In this document: positions 55,801 to 64,000 of the stretch, piece by piece
Layout of the letters: every line of letters starts with the position of its first letter
Numbering within the stretch: position 1 is the first letter of the stretch
IMG/VR virus record: IMGVR_UViG_3300029288_000083
Coordinates: 30,130-94,129 of that record
Strand: one strand, 5' to 3'
From: a virus
Lineage: Duplodnaviria; Heunggongvirae; Uroviricota; Caudoviricetes
DNA length: 64,000 nucleotides
The notes under the pieces: generated by a model
What the model was told of the DNA's origin: nothing
Database searches by the model: none
What the model saw: the letters and a program-made list of their open reading frames with translations, nothing else
Made by a program: the position numbers and the translations under genes

Positions 55801-56092
55801 TTTTAAGTTTTGTTATTTCATTTTCGATTTCAGATTGTCTTTGTACGTCTAACAATTTTCGGTCTGTTGCTTGTATGAAACGCTTTTCTGTTTCAAGACC
55901 TTGTATTTGTAATTCTGTTTTTGTTGTTGAGTTATTTTTTAATTCAATAACTTCAGTACGCAAAGAATCGGTTTCTTTCGATAATCTTTTTGTTGCACTG
56001 CTTGTGCTGCAACTATTGCATGTATTTAATGATGTTAATAAAATCAAAAATACAATTGCATAGAATAAATGTTTTACTTTAATTTCTTTCAT
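55787..56092 (-). CDS. signal-peptide coiled-coil protein
   Basis: N-terminal hydrophobic segment, then charged coiled-coil. Confidence 0.3.
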   Translation of the reverse strand: MKEIKVKHLFYAIVFLILLTSLNTCNSCSTSSATKRLSKETDSLRTEVIELKNNSTTKTELQIQGLETEKRFIQATDRKLLDVQRQSEIENEITKLKNENK

Positions 56093-56098
56093 GATATT

Positions 56099-56350
56099 TT
56101 AGTTTGTGTGTCTTTCGTTCAACACTGTTAAGTATATTTTCTTTAAGTTCTTTAGTTTTTCTTTTATAACACTTAAGTTATAATTTTCAATTTCTTCGCC
56201 ATCAAGTAATTTTTTTAAAGAATCGCCTTCAAGCAAAATGATAATAAAAGACAATTGGTCTAAAAGTTCAATATCAGTTAAAACCAATACTGAACTTTTA
56301 ACCAAGTCAAGTTCCAAATTATTTTTCAGATTCTGTTGTTGATTCAACAT
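56099..56350 (-). CDS. hypothetical small protein
   Basis: ORF only. Confidence 0.25.
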   Translation of the reverse strand: MLNQQQNLKNNLELDLVKSSVLVLTDIELLDQLSFIIILLEGDSLKKLLDGEEIENYNLSVIKEKLKNLKKIYLTVLNERHTN

Positions 56351-56870
56351 TTTCTGCTTCGTCTTCTTTAAAAGTATTCATTGGTGCTTCAGGGTCAACA
56401 CCATGTTCTAAACTTTGTAATCTGAATGTCATTTCTTCAAATTCGCGTTTATCTTGTTCTGCTCTAGATTTTGCTTGATTGATAGCTTTAATCAATTCAG
56501 TCATTGCCTCAGCTTCAGGTAATCCTTTGCCTTCGTGTTTAGACATGAAATAATATAATGCTTCCAACGCAACAGGCGTAATCATCAATTCTGCTCTAGC
56601 AGGGTCTGTAATAAAATCATGTAAAATTCTGTTTACTTCAAGAACACCTATGCATTCAGTAAATCTCCATTTTGCTTCTTTTACAATGAATTGTTTAATT
56701 TTCTTTGCAATTGCGTCGCCACCTGGAATTAAATACTTTTTGTTTTCTAGTTCATCTTTTTTCTCTTCGATTTCAATTTTAAGTTTTTCGATAACTTCTG
56801 GATTGATACCTGATGTTTTTGTTGTTTCTACTTTGTCAACAACGATTTCTACTTCTTGTGTCTTAGACAT
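56319..56870 (-). CDS. hypothetical protein
   Basis: ORF only. Confidence 0.35.
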   Translation of the reverse strand: MSKTQEVEIVVDKVETTKTSGINPEVIEKLKIEIEEKKDELENKKYLIPGGDAIAKKIKQFIVKEAKWRFTECIGVLEVNRILHDFITDPARAELMITPVALEALYYFMSKHEGKGLPEAEAMTELIKAINQAKSRAEQDKREFEEMTFRLQSLEHGVDPEAPMNTFKEDEAENVESTTESEK

Positions 56871-56895
56871 ACTATTAGTTTTTGTGATTTATAAT

Positions 56896-57636
56896 TTATT
56901 TTTGTATATATTCTTTATAAAATATGCCGACAAGGTAAAGAAAGCAATTTAAGTATACATCCATTTCATTTGCATGAACAATGTATTTTTGGCATCCTTC
57001 GGGCGTTGCAATCCAAATAGCAGCGTAATCTGGTTTCTTTTTGTACAATTCAAAATACGCTTGCGCATATGCAGCAGCTTGTATTTTGTACTTTACAAGT
57101 TTTCTTTGGTAATCAGTTACAATTTTAGTTGATGTTTTATAATCACCAACTACAAGTTTTCCTTCGTTATCATAATAGATAATATCAGTACGTCCTGCGT
57201 ATTTGTATTTTGGTGAGACCATTAATCCTTCAATCATTACAGGTTTTGCAAACTCTGTAATAAAATCAGATTGATAAATGTTATAAAAGAAATTTCTACC
57301 TAATTCAAAAAATTTCTTATCGACATCTGGAAATAATGTAGGTGTTTTTTGTTGCGTATATAATAAAGCATCATCAGGGGATTTGCCCATCTTTAAAGCA
57401 ACCGCATAATTTTCAAGGTATGAATGCATAACGGAACCTCTATCGGCGCCACGTCTTGAAACGTATTCCCATACTTCAGGCGATAAATTTCCTTTTAATT
57501 CAGCAACTTCTAAATCTTCTAATTTAGAAAGTATAGTTGTTACCGATGGATATTTTGCTCGCTTTTCTCCAAATTCTATTTCGTAGAATCCTTCAGAATT
57601 TCTGTTGCCTTTTAAAATAGCACGTTCCATACCCAT
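56896..57636 (-). CDS. PD-(D/E)xK nuclease (RecB/exonuclease-like)
   Basis: 'YKYAGRTDIIYYDNEGKLVVGDYKTS' (D…D-x-K core). Conserved Tyr/Gln tail. Confidence 0.5.
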   Translation of the reverse strand: MGMERAILKGNRNSEGFYEIEFGEKRAKYPSVTTILSKLEDLEVAELKGNLSPEVWEYVSRRGADRGSVMHSYLENYAVALKMGKSPDDALLYTQQKTPTLFPDVDKKFFELGRNFFYNIYQSDFITEFAKPVMIEGLMVSPKYKYAGRTDIIYYDNEGKLVVGDYKTSTKIVTDYQRKLVKYKIQAAAYAQAYFELYKKKPDYAAIWIATPEGCQKYIVHANEMDVYLNCFLYLVGIFYKEYIQK

Positions 57637-58067
57637 GATAAACCTGATAAAATTGTGGAAATTTTAATTAAGCAGGTTATCAAAATACCTAGTATGAACA
57701 TTATACGTAAAAAGTAAAGAACTGTAAATTCTTTAAACAAGGGTGAGTAAACAATAAGGTAAGATCTGTCAGTTTTCTTTTCAATTGCAGGAAACATTAT
57801 TTCATGCAAATCCAATGTTTTTAAGTATTTGTTTATTGGACTTAACATTTCCAATAAACGAGTTCGGCGCACGATTTCTTCTTCGCCCACATCTTCTTTA
57901 CGTAGATTAAGCACTGTGAATATTCGTCCAACCCAGTCAACACGCAGTCCAAAGGACTGCCATGTTGGTGTGTTTTTATTTTTTCTTGCAGTTCGTTTGA
58001 TATAAAAAAAGTTTATAACTTCACGTGTTGCAAGGTAGAGTCTATATTCTCTAATTGATTTTTTCAT
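57612..58067 (-). CDS. hypothetical protein with C-terminal TM segment
   Basis: ORF only. Confidence 0.3.
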   Translation of the reverse strand: MKKSIREYRLYLATREVINFFYIKRTARKNKNTPTWQSFGLRVDWVGRIFTVLNLRKEDVGEEEIVRRTRLLEMLSPINKYLKTLDLHEIMFPAIEKKTDRSYLIVYSPLFKEFTVLYFLRIMFILGILITCLIKISTILSGLSWVWNVLF

Positions 58068-58715
58068 TTATCTGTATTTTTGGTCCTCAGCAAATAATTG
58101 AACCAATTCAGGTTCATTTGTTACAAGAATTTTTCGTATCAAATCTTTTCCACGAAAAACTTTATTCTTTGCGCTGTTTTCAGGAATGCTCATTTCTTCT
58201 GCAATTGTTTTGTAAGGTTTTTTATCAACATGCCATTTAATCAATGCAGTTTTAATGATTCCTTCTTTTCCAGAATCTTTCAAACCGTTTATTGCATCAA
58301 TAGTTTTGTTGTAAAGTACTTCGACCACATCATATTTTGGTTTTGTGTCGAATTCATCAAAATCAGAATCAATTGATATTGCGCTTTCATTAACAGTGCC
58401 TTCCTCAAACATTCTGTCTAAAGATTTTGTTCTGTTTGTGTGTCTTTTTGCAAGCAAGCATTCGTTGTATGCAATTCTGTAAATCCAGGTAGAGAAAGCA
58501 GCAGCTCCAGGATTATATTGGTCGATGTTTTGCCACACTTTTGCAAACACGATGTTTACAATTTCTTGACGTGATTCAGGATCCGTTTCAATAGTTGCAA
58601 TTTTTTTAAGAACACCTGGTTTTAAACGGTTCATTAAAATTTTGAATCGTTTTTCAGATTTTGTTTCAATAAATGCATTTGCAAGATCTTGAATTTGAGA
58701 TTTAGGTTGTGCCAT
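58068..58715 (-). CDS. sigma-70 family RNA polymerase sigma factor
   Basis: Region-2-like 'NIVFAKVWQNIDQYNPGAAAFSTWIYRIAYNECLLAKR'. Region-4-like HTH 'YKTIAEEMSIPENSAKNKVFRGKDLIRK'. Confidence 0.6.
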   Translation of the reverse strand: MAQPKSQIQDLANAFIETKSEKRFKILMNRLKPGVLKKIATIETDPESRQEIVNIVFAKVWQNIDQYNPGAAAFSTWIYRIAYNECLLAKRHTNRTKSLDRMFEEGTVNESAISIDSDFDEFDTKPKYDVVEVLYNKTIDAINGLKDSGKEGIIKTALIKWHVDKKPYKTIAEEMSIPENSAKNKVFRGKDLIRKILVTNEPELVQLFAEDQKYR

Positions 58716-58959
58716 AATTTTAGTTTATTTTAAGTGACGTTTAGATTAATATTTAAAAACAAATATACAACATTTATTCATCAATAGCAATTATTTATGA
58801 ATTTATTTTGTAAATTTATTCCTTCAGTTCTTTAAGTTATTGTATGATTAATTAATTAAAATCAAATATACAACATTAATGAAGCAATAGCAAATTTTTA
58901 TGATAGATTTTTGAAACATTGGTTACTTTTTTCACCAATGTTTCAAATCATATCATTTA

Positions 58960-59265
58960 TTATTTCGTTTCTGCTTCAGGTGTAACAAGTTTCACGTGGT
59001 CTTTAACGCCTGCGAAAATGTTTGCAACTTCATCGTATGGATAATTTCCCAATACACCGATGATTGTGTTAATTTCCTTTTCAGTCATTACTTCTTTACC
59101 AATTAAAGGCATAACACCAGCAACTTGTGAAAAAGGTTTTGTTCCGAATAAGTTTCTTACTGCGCCTGAAAATTCTTTTGATACTGTGAATTGGTTTTCA
59201 ACTGCTTGTTCAACTGTTTCAACAACTTTTGCATCTGTAATTTCTGTGTTTTTTGTTTTAGACAT
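58960..59265 (-). CDS. hypothetical protein
   Basis: ORF only. Confidence 0.3.
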   Translation of the reverse strand: MSKTKNTEITDAKVVETVEQAVENQFTVSKEFSGAVRNLFGTKPFSQVAGVMPLIGKEVMTEKEINTIIGVLGNYPYDEVANIFAGVKDHVKLVTPEAETK

Positions 59266-59269
59266 AACT

Positions 59270-59836
59270 TTATATTTTGTTTTTGTTTGTTAATACTTTT
59301 ATTAAATTTGGTAATATGTTTTCTGTTTGTAACGATATCTTCATATCCCAAGGCATTCCCCATTGTTCCCAATTTTCAAAATCAATTTCATCAGATACCC
59401 ATCGTCTGTTTGAATCATCGTGTTTATCGCCTCTTCCATTTATTCTACTAACACGAAGTTGTATCGAGGTTTCAATATATATTATGATAAAATTTTCACG
59501 TGGCATTATATCTAAATATTTTTGCAATCCTCTTGGCGTTAATAATAATACATCAGCAGCATTAAAATCTTCATGTGTTAAACCGTAGTACCAGCCATTA
59601 AAATTATCAACTTCTACGAATGATCCTAATTTAATGTTATCTTCAAATTGTTCTTTAGAAACAAATCGGTAATCAACATTTTGTTTTTCGTAATCTCGCA
59701 TTGGACGAGATGTTGTACTTAATTGCCCTTTAAACCCAAATTTCTCTAGTTCCATTGCAATTGTTGACTTACCTGAACAACTTTTTCCTACTAATACTAT
59801 TTTTTTATCCATGTACTTAACTGTTTTGTAAAACAA
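59270..59836 (-). CDS. guanylate kinase-like nucleoside monophosphate kinase
   Basis: P-loop 'VGKSCSGKST'. 'STTSRPMRDYEKQNVDYRFVSKEQFE…GWYYGL' matches GMK signature regions. Confidence 0.65.
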   Translation of the reverse strand: MFYKTVKYMDKKIVLVGKSCSGKSTIAMELEKFGFKGQLSTTSRPMRDYEKQNVDYRFVSKEQFEDNIKLGSFVEVDNFNGWYYGLTHEDFNAADVLLLTPRGLQKYLDIMPRENFIIIYIETSIQLRVSRINGRGDKHDDSNRRWVSDEIDFENWEQWGMPWDMKISLQTENILPNLIKVLTNKNKI

Positions 59837-59854
59837 TTATTATATACAAGACTT

Positions 59855-60097
59855 TTAAATAGTTTCATGGTTTTTGCCATCGCTTTTTCTTAAAGCAAGA
59901 TCTTTGTTTGATGAACGTATGCCTGGTTCGAAATATGGAGTTTGCGATTTGAATTGAGACCGCATATACGCAATTATTTTGTCACCAGGTGCAGGTAAAA
60001 CTGCTGTTTCTGGTGCAGGATAATCGCTTGTTTCAATTTTTGATTCCTCAGTGTTTCCTTTAAGATAATCTTCGTAATTTATACTACTGTTTTCCAT
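59855..60097 (-). CDS. hypothetical small protein
   Basis: ORF only. Confidence 0.25.
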   Translation of the reverse strand: MENSSINYEDYLKGNTEESKIETSDYPAPETAVLPAPGDKIIAYMRSQFKSQTPYFEPGIRSSNKDLALRKSDGKNHETI

Positions 60098-60353
60098 TTT
60101 CAGATTCTATTTTTAATTTTTGAAGTTTCACTTTATATTTTTCAATATCTAATTGACACATTCTATAATCTAAAGACGCAATCATAGTTCTCGTTTTATT
60201 GTTTGCCTTTTTTGCAGCATCGAGTCTATGTTTTATATACTTTAATTTTTCAAGTTTCGCTTTTAACGTTTCTTGAGTTTGTTTTGTCATTTCGACATTT
60301 GATATTGGTTCCATAATTTCAATTTTATTGTTCTTGTGTTGCAACTGTTCCAA
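60084..60353 (-). CDS. coiled-coil small protein
   Basis: ORF only. Confidence 0.3.
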   Translation of the reverse strand: MEQLQHKNNKIEIMEPISNVEMTKQTQETLKAKLEKLKYIKHRLDAAKKANNKTRTMIASLDYRMCQLDIEKYKVKLQKLKIESENGKQ

Positions 60354-63300
60354 CTACGCGAACTGATAAGTCATCAAGTTTCGCAGACATTGCAGCAATT
60401 GTTCCTTTAAGTTCGTTTATTGCATTTATAAATAATGTAGTAGTATCAACCTTTTCAGCAACTGGTGCTTTTGTTTTTACTTCAGTTTCCTTTTTATTTA
60501 TTGCTTGACCTGCTGCTGTATTATCTAATCCTTCAGCAACTGTTTGTTTTGCATCTTTAACGCCAAATGCTTTATTTATTAACTCCATGTTTGCTTTGAA
60601 TGTGTTAGCATCCATTTTTGCAAAATTTGTTAATGATGTAGTCCAGTTTGCAAAACTTGTAACTGAAGTAGGTGACAATTTTGTAAAGTTTGTTGTGAAC
60701 TCACCCATTGATTTTGACATACCGCCAAATGCTTTAGCAAATTTTTCAAATTCTGTTGCAGATTTCGATAATTTCACCAGTGAGTTTGTTAAGTAATCAA
60801 AAGCATATACACCTGTTTTTAATGTATCGCTTTGTTTACCCTCTATAGGTTTAGCTTTAGATAAAACGTTGAATGCAGATTCCAATGATGATTTGATATT
60901 TGTACTTACACTTACAGGATCTTTAATTTCAGAGAATTTTTTGATGATTCCACCGAAATCACCAAGAACCGTATTTATTTGTGTTACATAATCAACAGCA
61001 TCTTCAATATCACCACCATCTGCACCTTCACCTGCTTTACTAACAGCATTTATAATTGAAGTTATTGCTTTGCCAATATTTGTTGAAACGTTATCAATAT
61101 TTACAGATGTTTTTGAATACACAGGTTTTCCTGTTTTCTCATCTATATGATCTACTATTTTAATGTTTTGTAAATTTGCAAATGTATTAATGCCAGTTGC
61201 GAAATTTGCAAGTACATCAGCAACTGGTGCAATTGCTGTTGCCATTCCTGCAACACCAACCATTTTAACGCCACTTTTAACTGCATTTTTAACTTTGCTC
61301 CATAAACTTCCACCGCCTGTATCAGTTCCACCAGTTGCAGCATTCGATAATGTATTAATTATTTTTGTTATAGCTGTTCCTGCATTAGCAATTGCAGCAT
61401 CAATATTTACATGTCCTGCGATTATTGGGTTTCCTTTTGCATCGTAACCTGAAATAATTGGAATAGCTTGCATGTTTGCAAATACATTTATGCCACCTGC
61501 AATTTTTGTTAAGACATCACCAATTTTTAATGCATTACTTATACCTCTTTCGGTAGGAGTCTCTGACATATCAGTACCAACAAGCATTTTTGCAACGCTC
61601 CATGTACTTCCGCTACCAGTATCTGCAAAATTTGAAAATAACGCAAGTATCTTAGGCATAAATGCACCGATGTTTGCAATTGCGCCGTTTGCGTTTACGG
61701 TTTTTCCATAAATTGGATTACCATCTTTATTGTATCCTGTTATAAGTGGAATGCTTTCAAGTTGAGCCCATGCACCAATGCCTTCAGCAATTGATGTTAA
61801 AACTTTTCCTATTTTCAATGCAGATGAAATACCTAATTGAAAAGGACTATCACTTAAATCATTTCCTGATATTAATTTGAATAAATTAAAGCTATCAGGT
61901 TTTGTTAAAATACCAGTGTTTTGTGCCAATGAAATGAATGGGTCAAGAATACTTTGACCGCTGTTCGGCGTAAGAACAGTTTTAATTTGTTCAATAGCAA
62001 CATTTATGTTTGCTTTACCTTTATACACAGGTTTACCTTTATTGTCATAATGGTCTATTAACGGTATATTTTGTAAATCCATCCAAGAACCTACACCTGT
62101 TGCTAATGACGTCAATACATCACCAATTTTAACAGCAGCAGATATACCCATAGAGAAAGGACTATTACTTAAATCATTTCCTGTTATGAATTTCAATAAA
62201 CTGAAGTCTCCGGATTTAGAAAGGTTTGCTGTATTCGATAATGTTATAAATGGAAGCATAATGCCGCCTGTTTTTCCATCACCTATAAATGTAATAACGT
62301 TATCAATTGCTTGTGATATGTTAGCACGTTCTCCAGAATATATCGGGTTTCCGTTTTTATCATAACCGCTTATTAATTGAATATTTTGTAAATTAGCCCA
62401 TGCACCAATTCCTTTTGCCATTGAAGATAATGCAGCGCCTATACCGATTGCTTGCATTACAGCCATTGTCATTTTACCTGTATTAAGAGCAGTTTTTCCA
62501 ACACTCTTTAACGCACCCCATATTCCGCCGCCTTGTTTTTCAGCGTCAGCATCATCACCCAATAAAACCATAAAGCCATCTTTGAGTTGACCCATTGTTG
62601 TTTTGAATTGGTCACCTGGAAATTGGTCAGCACCTAAATCCATGTAAGATTTCATTCCCTTTGCAACTGCCCATAAACTTCCACCAATAGCAGCAAGTAA
62701 TCCTGCGCCTATTAATGTGAAACCTGCAGTTATTGGATTACCTATTAATGTAACTGCAGCAGCAATTCCAACAACAGAAGTTCCTAATTTTGCAAGGTCC
62801 TCCCACGATTTGCCTTTTAGCGCATCAAATGTTGTTTTTAATCCATATCCGAAAACAACTAATGCCAATGACGTTACTGCCAATGCAATCGAACCTTTAA
62901 ATATGTTAGACGCATTTTTACCAAGTAAGTACATTGCACCACCAATTCCAGTAACAGCAATAGCAATTGATGCACCAACTTCTAATGGTGAAACACCTGC
63001 ATATTTTGATATTAATGCAATTGATAATCCCATTATAGCAATACCTAATGCCAAGAATATCATACCAGCGCCCATTGTTTTCAATGCCTTTGCACCTTTT
63101 TCGACAGGTGGCATACCAAGAAATACCATCATTAATGCTAAACCGCCTACTGCTGATATAATTCCTAAACCTGCGCCTAAAGTTCCACCTACACTTGCGC
63201 CTTTCATTACCATTGCAGATAATGCAAACGATAACGATAATATTGCAATACCGCCTGCTAAATATAGCATGCCTTTACCTATATCTTTTAATACAGATAC

Positions 63301-63990
63301 ACCTTTTTTAATAGGTGGTATGTTAAGTAATATACATAACAATGCAACACCACCAATGATGCCGATTGCACCTGTCGGGAATCCGAATTTTGAAAGCGCA
63401 ACTGATGATAATACAGCTGATAATGATAACATCGCAATACCCCCTGCAAGGAATATCATTCCTTTACCCATATCGCCCATTACCTTAGAGCCTTTTTCTA
63501 TGTCTTTTGATTTTTGTCCAATTTTGGTGAAAACACCACCCATTGCTTGTAATACAATTGCAAATATTGGAAGAACAGGTAAAACTGGCAATAAAAGAAG
63601 ACCAGTTTTAAGCATGTTCTTTGAAAATCCTAATATAGCATTACCAAGGACATCCATATTCGATATTCCTTGTGTTACTGCTTTTGTTCCTAATTTTTTT
63701 AACGGGTCAGCAACTTCTTTTAAGAAACTTATAAACATCGGGGCACCTTTATTTGCTTTTGAAAAACCTTTCAATCCCGCAGCAATTGATAATATGCTTG
63801 CACCAAATCCGTTCAATAAATTAGGTTGTGCAGTTGAATCACCAAGTTGTATTTTCAACAAATTAATGATAGTGTCCAATTTTTTATTTGTCTCAGCAGA
63901 TGTATTACCGCCTGTGCTACCTTTTGCAGCTGCAGTAACAGATTTTGCAGCATCATCCGCATCGCCGCCCTTTGCTTTACTTGAAGACAT
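60325..63990 (-). CDS. tape-measure-like large protein (TM segments, Gly-rich repeats)
   Basis: 1221 aa. Multiple hydrophobic Gly/Ala/Ile-rich TM-like segments (GIAMLSLS…, LAGGIAILSLS…). Repeated ~100-aa units (…NIPLI.GYDK.GNPIY…). Coiled N- and C-termini. Confidence 0.5.
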   Translation of the reverse strand: MSSSKAKGGDADDAAKSVTAAAKGSTGGNTSAETNKKLDTIINLLKIQLGDSTAQPNLLNGFGASILSIAAGLKGFSKANKGAPMFISFLKEVADPLKKLGTKAVTQGISNMDVLGNAILGFSKNMLKTGLLLLPVLPVLPIFAIVLQAMGGVFTKIGQKSKDIEKGSKVMGDMGKGMIFLAGGIAMLSLSAVLSSVALSKFGFPTGAIGIIGGVALLCILLNIPPIKKGVSVLKDIGKGMLYLAGGIAILSLSFALSAMVMKGASVGGTLGAGLGIISAVGGLALMMVFLGMPPVEKGAKALKTMGAGMIFLALGIAIMGLSIALISKYAGVSPLEVGASIAIAVTGIGGAMYLLGKNASNIFKGSIALAVTSLALVVFGYGLKTTFDALKGKSWEDLAKLGTSVVGIAAAVTLIGNPITAGFTLIGAGLLAAIGGSLWAVAKGMKSYMDLGADQFPGDQFKTTMGQLKDGFMVLLGDDADAEKQGGGIWGALKSVGKTALNTGKMTMAVMQAIGIGAALSSMAKGIGAWANLQNIQLISGYDKNGNPIYSGERANISQAIDNVITFIGDGKTGGIMLPFITLSNTANLSKSGDFSLLKFITGNDLSNSPFSMGISAAVKIGDVLTSLATGVGSWMDLQNIPLIDHYDNKGKPVYKGKANINVAIEQIKTVLTPNSGQSILDPFISLAQNTGILTKPDSFNLFKLISGNDLSDSPFQLGISSALKIGKVLTSIAEGIGAWAQLESIPLITGYNKDGNPIYGKTVNANGAIANIGAFMPKILALFSNFADTGSGSTWSVAKMLVGTDMSETPTERGISNALKIGDVLTKIAGGINVFANMQAIPIISGYDAKGNPIIAGHVNIDAAIANAGTAITKIINTLSNAATGGTDTGGGSLWSKVKNAVKSGVKMVGVAGMATAIAPVADVLANFATGINTFANLQNIKIVDHIDEKTGKPVYSKTSVNIDNVSTNIGKAITSIINAVSKAGEGADGGDIEDAVDYVTQINTVLGDFGGIIKKFSEIKDPVSVSTNIKSSLESAFNVLSKAKPIEGKQSDTLKTGVYAFDYLTNSLVKLSKSATEFEKFAKAFGGMSKSMGEFTTNFTKLSPTSVTSFANWTTSLTNFAKMDANTFKANMELINKAFGVKDAKQTVAEGLDNTAAGQAINKKETEVKTKAPVAEKVDTTTLFINAINELKGTIAAMSAKLDDLSVRVVGTVATQEQ

Positions 63991-64000
63991 TTTTTTGTTA

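Noticed and set aside
60587-61711. Plus-strand ORFs inside the tape-measure-like gene (60587..60796, 61163..61447, 61472..61711)
   Set aside because: Antisense to a 1221-aa minus-strand ORF with coherent repeats. Hydrophobic low-complexity translations typical of shadow ORFs.

Overview
AT-rich window (about 33% GC, by eye) that looks like part of a large tailed phage genome. Its host is probably a Bacteroidota (Flavobacteriia-like) bacterium. The host inference rests on a protein with a T9SS C-terminal sorting domain, a FISUMP (TIGR02145) domain, a Bacteroidetes-type TTG/TAnnTTTG promoter consensus and a lack of Shine-Dalgarno sequences. Nearly all genes are on the minus strand. The single plus-strand gene is a GH19 endolysin. 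From high to low coordinates the content is: a tape-measure-like giant protein, a guanylate kinase, a sigma-70-family factor, a PD-(D/E)xK nuclease and a block of about 11 tail-fibre or structural genes (44.1-55.0 kb). A NadD-like NMN/NaMN adenylyltransferase follows. Next comes a very large tRNA array of about 50 tRNA genes (16.4-41.8 kb) interspersed with GIY-YIG, HNH and DUF559 homing-endonuclease-like genes, a flotillin/NfeD pair, a 2H phosphoesterase and a GatB/YqeY protein. The remaining accessory region (0-16 kb) carries a bona fide PARP (WGR domain plus an H-Y-E catalytic domain), a NADAR-domain protein, a second NMNAT-like fusion protein, RNase HII, a frameshifted denV-like glycosylase, a tyrosine-phosphatase-like protein, a T9SS-exported beta-helix protein and a split polynucleotide-kinase/phosphatase pair. 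The most notable candidate system is a phage-encoded NAD+/ADP-ribose module (PARP, NADAR and two NMN adenylyltransferases). Also notable are at least three tRNA genes interrupted by short homologous hairpin-bearing inserts, and two families of conserved intergenic promoter-like motifs. All calls were made by eye from the ORF translations and raw sequence. tRNA coordinates are approximate (about 3 nt either way) and anticodons are tentative.
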